Sequence record: NC_061441.1
Length of the DNA stretch: 64,000 nt
Direction: 5' to 3' (one strand)
The notes beneath the pieces were generated by a model that did no database searches, was not told the origin of the DNA, and saw nothing but the letters and a program-made list of their open reading frames with translations. Of the stretch, positions 54,722 to 62,424 are shown one piece after another. The position numbers and the translations under genes were made by a program. Positions within the stretch are counted from its first letter, which is position 1; every line of letters starts with the position of its first letter.

Positions 54722-54757
54722 AAAAAGAAAGGACCACATCCAAAACGGAGGGTCCTT
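54722..54757 (-). terminator. probable intrinsic terminator
   Basis: AGGACC...GGUCCU hairpin plus UUUCUUUUU. Confidence 0.5.
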
Positions 54758-54807
54758 ACGTGTTACAATGGTTTGAATGATAACGCATCGGCAGTGGGCG
54801 CTGTCGA

Positions 54808-55005
54808 TTAGGCAAAGCTCATCTCCCAACGCGGTACAACGCGGAAGAATTGCTTAAAGTGGGACGGTGGGTTCTGCTTGATGGACTCAAGTTTCTTTTC
54901 CACAACGTCATAATCTTTTATGCCACTCTCAACGCAGTGAGTGGTGAATGTACCGTCAGCCTCAATCAAATCGGCGACAACACGGTAGCTTGGTTTTCTC
55001 AGCAT
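54808..55005 (-). CDS. small hypothetical protein
   Basis: 65 aa; AGGAG RBS; class 1 variant upstream. Confidence 0.55.
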   Translation of the reverse strand: MLRKPSYRVVADLIEADGTFTTHCVESGIKDYDVVEKKLESIKQNPPSHFKQFFRVVPRWEMSFA

Positions 55006-55044
55006 CTAGTCTCCTGAAAACGAAATTCTCATTGCTCTGAATTA

Positions 55045-55053
55045 TGTTTACAG
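55045..55053 (-). promoter_or_regulatory. class 1 variant CTGTAAACA
   Basis: 40 nt upstream of 55005. Confidence 0.45.
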
Positions 55054-55069
55054 ATTACTGGAGTAGTCA

Positions 55070-55435
55070 CAAAAGAATAAAGTAAGACAAATCTTAAACT
55101 CCAATAGGGACTCGCTGGAATTCCTATTGGAGTTCACCCTCAACCGATGACGGTCGGCGGAAGGTGTTCTCCCCGTGCTTTTCGATTGCACCAGCACGGT
55201 AGCGCTTGCGGTCTTACGCTCTTGTCATGCAGCGGGCCGGCAGGGATGGTAGCATTTCCCGCCGCAAAGAGCAGCCGCTTTCGGCCATTAGCGATAACGC
55301 GGTGTTACGCTTAACGGCCCGACTCTGTGGCCGAGTCTGTACAAAAAAGAGTTCGGCCTATTCCCCAATTCGGCAAAAAGAAATAAGCCGAACTAAACAG
55401 TCAACGCACACTCCATATGCGCTGTTTTGTACTGT
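55070..55435 (-). ncRNA. candidate structured non-coding RNA (~370 nt), family unknown
   Basis: no credible ORF; at least 7 consecutive helices whose imperfect pairs are mostly G-U on the minus strand; GNRA-type segments; class 2 motif immediately upstream; ends in a 12 bp perfect stem plus U-rich tail. Confidence 0.6.
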
Positions 55436-55438
55436 AAC

Positions 55439-55445
55439 AAATTAG
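55439..55445 (-). promoter_or_regulatory. class 2 motif CTAATTT upstream of the candidate ncRNA
   Basis: exact motif, with no protein gene downstream for over 400 nt. Confidence 0.5.
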
Positions 55446-55472
55446 AAACATCCTGCAATATTCAGACAATTC

Positions 55473-56060
55473 TTAGTTCAACATCGGAACAAGATTTTGC
55501 AAGAAATGTTTGCGGTCAAACGAACTGATTCGGTGCGGATGATCGACGTGCATGTTCCATCCTTTGTTGAACAGCAGCACGTTCTTCGGCAGGACAACGT
55601 TAAGGCCAACGCGAGTGAACGAATCACGAACGGCAGTCACTGGATTGTCGTCAACCAGAATCCAAGTACCTTCACCGTACTTCTCGTTCAGGTAAGCAAT
55701 CTTATCAGGATGCTGGCGTGAGTCCAGGCAGTCGATGTGGTCAAACAATGACAGGTGCTTCTCCAACACCTTGCGTGTGTAGCGTTCACCTTTGGCGTGA
55801 TAGCCACGATGCGTACAAATGCCAACACTGAAACCGTCGCGCACCAGCATTGCAACCGTTTGGATGAAGTAGTCACGCATGTTAGCTTCGAGCATGAAGC
55901 GACCGTCAGCCAGCATTTCCACGAAAGGTTCGTGACCATTCTCTGGCGTAATGTACGTGTCGGTACCTGGGTAGATCCCAAAGTTCATCAGATAGCACAG
56001 CATGAAGTTATGCGTATCGAATGCCGTGTCGTCCATGTCGAAGAAAATATATTTAATCAT
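55473..56060 (-). CDS. HAD-superfamily phosphatase / 5'-nucleotidase-like
   Basis: YIFFDMDDT (DxD motif I), ICTHR (motif II), K, ILVDD (motif IV). Confidence 0.8.
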   Translation of the reverse strand: MIKYIFFDMDDTAFDTHNFMLCYLMNFGIYPGTDTYITPENGHEPFVEMLADGRFMLEANMRDYFIQTVAMLVRDGFSVGICTHRGYHAKGERYTRKVLEKHLSLFDHIDCLDSRQHPDKIAYLNEKYGEGTWILVDDNPVTAVRDSFTRVGLNVVLPKNVLLFNKGWNMHVDHPHRISSFDRKHFLQNLVPMLN

Positions 56061-56398
56061 TAATGCCTCGTGCTGTTGCACAGAAAAGGTGTATCGTTGA
56101 TGAAGCCTAGATTCAACTGACAGGCAAGGTGAGTCAGTCGCATCTCATCGGCGTTGGTTACGATCATAACGTTAGCGTATGGGTCGAGTCGGAAGTTTGG
56201 AACTTCGATCAACTCAACGTTGAATGGACCAGACTCGTTCTCATTAATGAAGTACGCGCCAAGCATCCACGTTGTACCGTTATCATCTGGAAGTAGGTGA
56301 CCGATGATGCAATCCTCGTCCTGCATAACAATATGCAGTGGTCTATCGAAGTCCATATCTTCTGCACCAAATTCAAAATGGAAATCATCATCGCTCAT
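56060..56398 (-). CDS. hypothetical acidic protein
   Basis: 112 aa; TAATG coupling. Confidence 0.5.
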   Translation of the reverse strand: MSDDDFHFEFGAEDMDFDRPLHIVMQDEDCIIGHLLPDDNGTTWMLGAYFINENESGPFNVELIEVPNFRLDPYANVMIVTNADEMRLTHLACQLNLGFINDTPFLCNSTRH

Positions 56399-56400
56399 GG

Positions 56401-56976
56401 TTACGCCCTCAGATCAACAAGTATCGACGCACTCAAATCTCGAAGCATGTCACGGCCGAGAGAGGTGTACATCGTTTGAGAAACAACTATACGTTCAAGG
56501 AACAGGCGGGAACCAATGACGTCCCTGCCTAACTTCTGCTGAACGAACTCAATGATTGAAGACGGAGGCTGAATGAGGAACGTGAGTATCTCGGCATCGT
56601 GGAGAACGTTGCCCATAGCCGTCACAGGTCGCATTTCTGTTTCCTGATCAAGGATGTATGAGATGACTCGGTCTGCATTGCCTATGTTTGGATAGCGCTT
56701 GAAGAATCTACGCACCGCTTCTACGGTGTGCATGAAATCGTATTCCGGTCGGGTCGGCATACGAAGAAAGAGTGAAGCGAGCAACAGGTTTATTTCTAAC
56801 TGCGGACCTTGTTCAATGTTCAACATCGCATGTGCGGTCAGCACAACATTCAACGAGAAGTCACGAGTATAGAGCGGGTGAGAGGTCGCTGTCTGATCGA
56901 AATAGTCAAGGGCCTGACGCAACCCTTGACGTATTAACAGGTGCTCTGCTTTAATGCGGGACAGGCGTTGCATCAC
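56401..56976 (-). CDS. possible degenerate HD-domain-like helical protein
   Basis: helical pattern ending VLHDAEIL as in HD phosphohydrolase C-terminal motifs; HD dyad not intact. Confidence 0.35.
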   Translation of the reverse strand: MMQRLSRIKAEHLLIRQGLRQALDYFDQTATSHPLYTRDFSLNVVLTAHAMLNIEQGPQLEINLLLASLFLRMPTRPEYDFMHTVEAVRRFFKRYPNIGNADRVISYILDQETEMRPVTAMGNVLHDAEILTFLIQPPSSIIEFVQQKLGRDVIGSRLFLERIVVSQTMYTSLGRDMLRDLSASILVDLRA

Positions 56977-57947
56977 TCAGCGCCGCGAATCTCTTTCAGG
57001 CTATTCTTGATCGCTTTGCGCAGCGTCTTGCCTACATCAATGCCGTCAATGTGACGAGCAAACACGTTAGCGAATAGCGTGGTTGGATTCTTCATGATCG
57101 CTTTGTCGAGGTCAGGACGACCTTCTGCGATCTGTAACTCACCCGGCCAGAGTTCGGCAACCGCCGCGCTATCGTTAGCAGCAATCAGTTCCAGTTCACG
57201 GACCGAGATAGAGTTCTGCCGTGCAATCGTACGGAAGATTATGTCAACGAAAGGCAGCATGTCTTCGCTAACAACGTTCTTCACGTCTTTGGCATCACCA
57301 GCACGTTGGAAATCTTCCAACAGACCTTCGAGATGCGTCTGCGTGATCTTCTGGACGTTACGCAGTTTCTTGAACAGCATCATCCAGCGAACTTTACGCT
57401 TAGAACTCAGCAGGTGAGTCCACACTGATTCACCGAGTGCGATCATCAGACGGTTGTACACGTCAACGCTCAGGCTGTCACGATCAACGAAGACCGTGAT
57501 CTCATCATGCCATTCATCTTTACGGAATTTGCTGCGGAACGCATGAGTCTTCGAACCTGACTGCTGGACGAAGTTGATTTGTTTGCAGCGGCGTACAGCT
57601 TCCGCCAGATGATATTTCTCAATCACCTTAGGAAGTTTCTTAACGCCAACACGACACGCTTTTGCAACTTCGGCCTCACGACCGAAAAGAGATAGACGAG
57701 GCAGTCCGCCATAAACAGGCATCGAAGCGTATGGTCTGACTGTCACGCCACACACTGACATACCTGGCTCAGGGTCTGGTCCGAGAACACACAACACATC
57801 ACCAGACTTCGGACTGAACTTGATCGTCTCAGGGTCTGGCGTACTCAGCGTGTTGGCCAAAAGACCAACAGTGTTGCCGGTAGCCAGTACCAAATGGTTT
57901 TTGTTACCCTGCCTTACAACAAGGTAATCTTTTTCACTATGTTTCAT
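56973..57947 (-). CDS. hypothetical protein (possible inactive zincin-like C-terminal fold)
   Basis: 324 aa; IALGESVW and NPTTLFANVF at HExxH / ExFAE-like positions. Confidence 0.45.
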   Translation of the reverse strand: MKHSEKDYLVVRQGNKNHLVLATGNTVGLLANTLSTPDPETIKFSPKSGDVLCVLGPDPEPGMSVCGVTVRPYASMPVYGGLPRLSLFGREAEVAKACRVGVKKLPKVIEKYHLAEAVRRCKQINFVQQSGSKTHAFRSKFRKDEWHDEITVFVDRDSLSVDVYNRLMIALGESVWTHLLSSKRKVRWMMLFKKLRNVQKITQTHLEGLLEDFQRAGDAKDVKNVVSEDMLPFVDIIFRTIARQNSISVRELELIAANDSAAVAELWPGELQIAEGRPDLDKAIMKNPTTLFANVFARHIDGIDVGKTLRKAIKNSLKEIRGAE

Positions 57948-57955
57948 AACGACCT

Positions 57956-58486
57956 TTATAGTTGATCAACGATGTTCATCGTGTGAACTTCCGCTGTGTA
58001 GCCCTGACGGAAGATGCGACCTTCTGCGCGGCCTGTTGCCTGCTCTGCGGAAGGGACGCCCCAGCTTGTTGCGGGCTCAACCGAGATGAGTGCCTGCTCA
58101 TCCCACATGTCACCGTCTTCAAGGTAGTCGGCAATCATCTGGAGAGCAGCAGGACGATCGAGGCCCAAGTGCGCAAGCTCGGCGATAATGAGTTTCGGCG
58201 CAGTGGCGTCTTTCATTTCGTCGAGTTCGTATTGCAGATCGGAAAGCGAGTTAACCTGACGGCAGTCAGCGCTAGTCAGTCCGGCATACTCGTCTTGTCC
58301 AAAATAAGCAATTGCAAAGTCAGGAACATCAAGTTGACTGGAAAAGAAATGAGGAGCGTCCACCAAAACAGAAGGCGCGGCGCTCATCTGGAGAAAACTC
58401 ATGTATGGGCGTTGCATCTCATGAGCTTCTACCGAACAGGACTTCCCAGCAAGATCTTTCATTATGCTGTGTGCGAGATTATTCAT
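57956..58486 (-). CDS. hypothetical protein
   Basis: 176 aa; GAGG RBS. Confidence 0.5.
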   Translation of the reverse strand: MNNLAHSIMKDLAGKSCSVEAHEMQRPYMSFLQMSAAPSVLVDAPHFFSSQLDVPDFAIAYFGQDEYAGLTSADCRQVNSLSDLQYELDEMKDATAPKLIIAELAHLGLDRPAALQMIADYLEDGDMWDEQALISVEPATSWGVPSAEQATGRAEGRIFRQGYTAEVHTMNIVDQL

Positions 58487-58493
58487 TGTAACC

Positions 58494-58709
58494 TCATTTC
58501 TCAGGAGTAGGAGTAAAAGGGCTGTGGGTGTACGGAGTTAACTTATCCACGTACAGGAAACGAGATGAAGCACTACTGTAGCCAGAGCGTGGTACCGATT
58601 GCTTTTTCTTGGCTTCGGCCTCACGTCTATCCAGCTCGTCAAAGATACCTACGCGACGGGCGTACTTAAACTTCGGGTGTACGGAGATATGTTTGACGAT
58701 AGCTGTCAT
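58494..58709 (-). CDS. small basic hypothetical protein
   Basis: 71 aa; start overlaps the stop of the TnpB-like gene. Confidence 0.45.
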   Translation of the reverse strand: MTAIVKHISVHPKFKYARRVGIFDELDRREAEAKKKQSVPRSGYSSASSRFLYVDKLTPYTHSPFTPTPEK

Positions 58710-59737
58710 TTTTTATATTGTCCTGTAACAATGTAGACAAGGGATTTTTTGGAGACACGCGCATTGACGATCAAGTATTTGAACTCTTTCGTCGGCTCAA
58801 GTTCTCCAGCCGTCACACGAACTATTGGAATGTTCTGAATCTCACCGAACGTAAGTGTCGTCCCCATCTCATTGATTGAGCAGGAAGATGAAAGCGAAAC
58901 ACTATTCAACGACTTCTTTGAAATCATCGAAGGATGTTTACCGTGCTGGCGTTTGGCATCCAACCATTTTTGCCAGTCGGCTGTCGCGTGGTGCATTGAA
59001 CGTTTAATCAAAGAGCGTGGAACATCGCCTTCATACTGCTTGCGAAACTCCGTAATGACTTTCGAGTCAGGAGCACCTGCGGTTACGCGTCGTTTGTCCT
59101 TAAGCGCCCCCTTCAAATGCTCTGACCAATGGTCGTAGGCATCGCCACGGATCTGGATGTAATCATCCATCATCTGAGCTTGCGCCAAACTACATTCAAT
59201 TTCGAATGTCACCAACTTACCGCGATAGCTTGGCGTATCAGCCGAGTGCCGTTCAGCGAGTTTTGCCGCGCGTGTTTCAGCGATAAGTTTCTCTTTGATA
59301 CAAGCTGCCCATGAGTACACAAACGTCAATCGCAGATCAGGACCTTGCGCCAGCAAGTCAGGACAGAACTGCATTAACAGTGGGATAGCATAACCGAGAT
59401 AGCAACGACGTTCGATGAACGCGGACTTTAGGTCATCAGGATTGATTTTACCTTCACCGAGATTCGCAAACAGTTTTCGAGACTGCTTATACGACTCGGA
59501 GATATGGGAGCCATCATACACAACATCATCAATGGTAATTCCCGACTCAATGACTTTGGTGTACGCTTCTTCGATTGTAACATCAGGCCACGTCCTGTAC
59601 CCAACATCGGCCAGCAGAAAATTCTTATGGCAGAAGAACTCATACATGTGCAAAAAGTCCGCGACAGGCAGACTTTCTGGATATACGAATTGTTTGGGCG
59701 CTTTCTTTGGCGTGATACTAGCTTTCTTCTTAATCAT
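58706..59737 (-). CDS. TnpB-derived protein: unknown N-terminal domain plus TnpB WED/REC-like region, lacking RuvC
   Basis: aa ~171-343 align by eye with the IS200/IS605 TnpB N-terminal half (RGK...LAQ...YDHW...ALK; DVP..LIKRSM...ADWQKWL; GKHPSM.SKK; TLTFGEI; KYLIV...YIV); ORF ends where the RuvC-I strand would begin. Confidence 0.6.
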   Translation of the reverse strand: MIKKKASITPKKAPKQFVYPESLPVADFLHMYEFFCHKNFLLADVGYRTWPDVTIEEAYTKVIESGITIDDVVYDGSHISESYKQSRKLFANLGEGKINPDDLKSAFIERRCYLGYAIPLLMQFCPDLLAQGPDLRLTFVYSWAACIKEKLIAETRAAKLAERHSADTPSYRGKLVTFEIECSLAQAQMMDDYIQIRGDAYDHWSEHLKGALKDKRRVTAGAPDSKVITEFRKQYEGDVPRSLIKRSMHHATADWQKWLDAKRQHGKHPSMISKKSLNSVSLSSSCSINEMGTTLTFGEIQNIPIVRVTAGELEPTKEFKYLIVNARVSKKSLVYIVTGQYKK

Positions 59738-59744
59738 CGCTTTC

Positions 59745-61424
59745 TCACTGGAGTTTGCTGGCTATTTTCAGATACTCGCTATTTACAGTTTCCACATCCG
59801 TGTAACCCCTGCTGGCTGTAACGTCACGGCGTAGATCACCCATGCGGTAACCGTTTTCCCATAGACGCATAAACAACAGGCTGTTAAGAGTCGGCTGCAT
59901 GAACGGTTTTTCTTTCAATGCAACATCACCCTTATATTCGGTCAAGAGTATCGCGCCATCAAATTCGGCACTGCACCATTCGGCTTCCGCTAAAATTTTA
60001 AGCAGGTTATGATTCTCCATGCCTTGGATTAAATGACTAAGCACCGTGTACTGTTCCCGCTTGAAGCGATGCGCAGGTACTTGGTGTGAGCATCCTGAAT
60101 CGTTTTTGAAATAGTACGCACCGTTACGAGAATAAGAGGAATCTCGTATGCGCTCGCACAATTCACTGACGACTTCGGACGCAGGCTTAAACATCGCCTT
60201 CCACTTATCCCAAATAAATCCAACATGCTGGTGCATCTCTTTTTCATTCAGTCGAAGTTTCTTAACCGCATTGACGATCTTCGTGTCATTCAACAACTGA
60301 CGATAAATATCAGTAGCCATAGGCTTTTGTTGTTCGTTGTCCGTGCGTGTCTCGAATGATTGCTTGAAATATTTCTGGTTACTCCAGCCGCTATAAATTC
60401 CCCCGTAGTTGAGAGTCTTGGCTGTGCTGCGCGTAATGTTCAACTGCCGTGCAACCCTATCGTGATTGAGTTGCTCAAGTTCAGGACAATCTAGTCCATA
60501 CTGTGCCATCAGGTCTAAAAGCAAAACCATCTGAGCATTAGGCATGTCGAAGTTACGGCCATACGAATGATCGAAACATAACAGCTTCACCAATTTAGGT
60601 AGAGCGGCCGTAGTTCCAAACAATCGTGACCCAACGTGGTTCATTGTGTATTCGTCGTAAAACTCCACCAGCCTGTCGTTTGGATTATCGTTAACAAGCC
60701 TAAACCCGAAGCGACAAATCTTTTTCAGGAACGAATTGAGCCTGAGGTGCAGTTTCTTTCGGCGATTCGTTTTTGTATTGTGCATTATATCCAAGAATCG
60801 ATCGAGGTACAACCGATACGGACGTTGATTGGCCTGAGCCTTGTTTATCAGTTCGATAACCTCACCGCAATATGCTCTGCGATTTTCGAAGTTATGGGGA
60901 CGAATAAACGAGCGTGGCTTTATTTCGGAGCAGAACGAAGACGTTACCAAGTCGGCTTCGTTTTTATAGAGGGCCCTTCTACGCACAGGCTTCATGAGAT
61001 TGTACAGAGGCTCATCAAGCAAGGTCAGTTCGCAGAATATGTCCGTAAACACCTTATTAAGCGTGTACTTACGGGCGATCCCCTTAATGTAATCGTAACG
61101 AGTGTGGTCAACCTTTCGACCTAACCACGTAGCTACGGAGTATTCCTTGTGATACACCATCGCGTACCGCATCTTTTCGTGCTGACGCAGATAGGTGTGG
61201 GTCACTACCGTTTCGTTATAGACGTTTCTGCGTTCCATAACGCCCGATTTATCGAGAAGGTGCATGAAAAACCATGCAAGGCTCTCGTAAAACTTATCCG
61301 ATTTTGCTTTAGGTGGCTTAGGGCAAGAATAAATCGTGTCCCAGAAGAACTTGTGGGCCGATTTATTAACCGTGAACGCCCATCCTGGCATCACGGCCTT
61401 CTTGCGGTACACGGGCTTTGCCAT
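59745..61424 (-). CDS. divergent family A (TV-Pol-like) polymerase/primase, no exonuclease or helicase domain
   Basis: GSRLFG...LPK; motif A NFDMPNAQ; motif B RSTAKTLNYGGIY; LIQGMEN; motif C AEFDGA; start MAKPV has a GAGG RBS. Confidence 0.65.
   Translation of the reverse strand: MAKPVYRKKAVMPGWAFTVNKSAHKFFWDTIYSCPKPPKAKSDKFYESLAWFFMHLLDKSGVMERRNVYNETVVTHTYLRQHEKMRYAMVYHKEYSVATWLGRKVDHTRYDYIKGIARKYTLNKVFTDIFCELTLLDEPLYNLMKPVRRRALYKNEADLVTSSFCSEIKPRSFIRPHNFENRRAYCGEVIELINKAQANQRPYRLYLDRFLDIMHNTKTNRRKKLHLRLNSFLKKICRFGFRLVNDNPNDRLVEFYDEYTMNHVGSRLFGTTAALPKLVKLLCFDHSYGRNFDMPNAQMVLLLDLMAQYGLDCPELEQLNHDRVARQLNITRSTAKTLNYGGIYSGWSNQKYFKQSFETRTDNEQQKPMATDIYRQLLNDTKIVNAVKKLRLNEKEMHQHVGFIWDKWKAMFKPASEVVSELCERIRDSSYSRNGAYYFKNDSGCSHQVPAHRFKREQYTVLSHLIQGMENHNLLKILAEAEWCSAEFDGAILLTEYKGDVALKEKPFMQPTLNSLLFMRLWENGYRMGDLRRDVTASRGYTDVETVNSEYLKIASKLQ
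59780..59788 (-). promoter_or_regulatory. class 1 motif CTGTAAATA
   Basis: 43 nt upstream of 59737, inside the 3' end of the TV-Pol-like gene. Confidence 0.55.
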
Positions 61425-61455
61425 TTGGACCTCAAAACATGCGTTTCGTGGGTGA

Positions 61456-61464
61456 TCTTTACAG
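61456..61464 (-). promoter_or_regulatory. class 1 variant CTGTAAAGA
   Basis: 32 nt upstream of ATG 61424. Confidence 0.45.
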
Positions 61465-61755
61465 AATCCGTCTTTTTCTCGTGGTATGGAACTCAAATTG
61501 CATCATCAGATTAGGTAGATAGGAGATATCAGCATGTTCATGCAGCATGAGCGCACTATAGTCACAAGAAATCAGCAGTCTGAAACCAGAACCCTGCTCC
61601 CAGGAAGCATATCCCTTTGAAATAACCATGCCGAAACAGGCGAAAACGTACAACCTTGAATAGACTGGTTATTTGGTGTCAATGCAGAGGATTCTTAATC
61701 CCAGCATGTGGACGTGCAAAGGGAGTGCTCCCGGGATGAATCTACAGGAAAGTGG

Positions 61756-62415
61756 TTATTTTTTGCGCGAAACGCGCTTACCCAGTTTTACACCGATTTG
61801 CGTCATAATGCGCTTCACGGTCTCTCCGTCATGGTCCTCAATGGCGTTTGCGAGTTTTTCGCCCTGCTCGCGTGAAAGCTCAGGCATAATCAGTTTTAGC
61901 ATCTGCGAACGCATTTTCGCAGACTTTGATTTGCCGCGTGATAGAGATTGTGTGTCCATTTCGTTTGCAACACGGCTCATGGTGCGCTGCACACGACGAT
62001 CTGCGAAGATATCAGCAAAGATATTGCCGAACAGGTCCTGGAACGAACGTCCACCGCCCATAATGTCGTCTTTTGTGAAACGAACAGGCTGTCCAAGCGC
62101 ATTCTGCTTATTGCAGTGCGTGGATTCCACTTCGTTTTGAGTACGTCCACCAGCACGGAAGTTCTCATCAGGGCGTGACGCTTTACCCTCTGCGCCTGGT
62201 TTAGTGTTGCCGTTGCGCAGATCTGCATCGCCTTCAACAGCCTTATCTGGGTCGAACATGTCGTCCGCTGTCTCGCTTTGGTTAGCGTCAAACGGAATCT
62301 TGCCCGTCAGCTTATTCGGGTCAGGCCAGCTCTTTGGAATATCAGAAGCAGGTTGCGCTTTGTTCGTCATATCGCCGTTAGCTTCGCTATTCAGGCTGAT
62401 CATAATACGTGCCAT
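61756..62415 (-). CDS. hypothetical protein with a MARIMISLNSEA tag variant, probably virion-associated
   Basis: 219 aa; AGGAG RBS; in operon behind a class 2 motif. Confidence 0.5.
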   Translation of the reverse strand: MARIMISLNSEANGDMTNKAQPASDIPKSWPDPNKLTGKIPFDANQSETADDMFDPDKAVEGDADLRNGNTKPGAEGKASRPDENFRAGGRTQNEVESTHCNKQNALGQPVRFTKDDIMGGGRSFQDLFGNIFADIFADRRVQRTMSRVANEMDTQSLSRGKSKSAKMRSQMLKLIMPELSREQGEKLANAIEDHDGETVKRIMTQIGVKLGKRVSRKK

Positions 62416-62424
62416 TCGAATCTC

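Noticed and set aside
55070-55435. tRNA, tmRNA, RNase P, SRP or CRISPR interpretation of the structured region
   Set aside because: No cloverleaf/TpsiC-CCA end, no GAGGAAAGUCC, no SRP GGAAG-AGCAG loop, no direct repeats with spacers; the AGUUCGGCUUAU resemblance to an RNase P 3' segment is isolated
61500-61755. ORF 61459..61653, a TTGACA at about 61677 and the palindrome GGGAGTGCTCCC
   Set aside because: The ORF has no RBS or motif, no -10 element lies at 16-18 nt spacing, and a single palindrome is insufficient evidence
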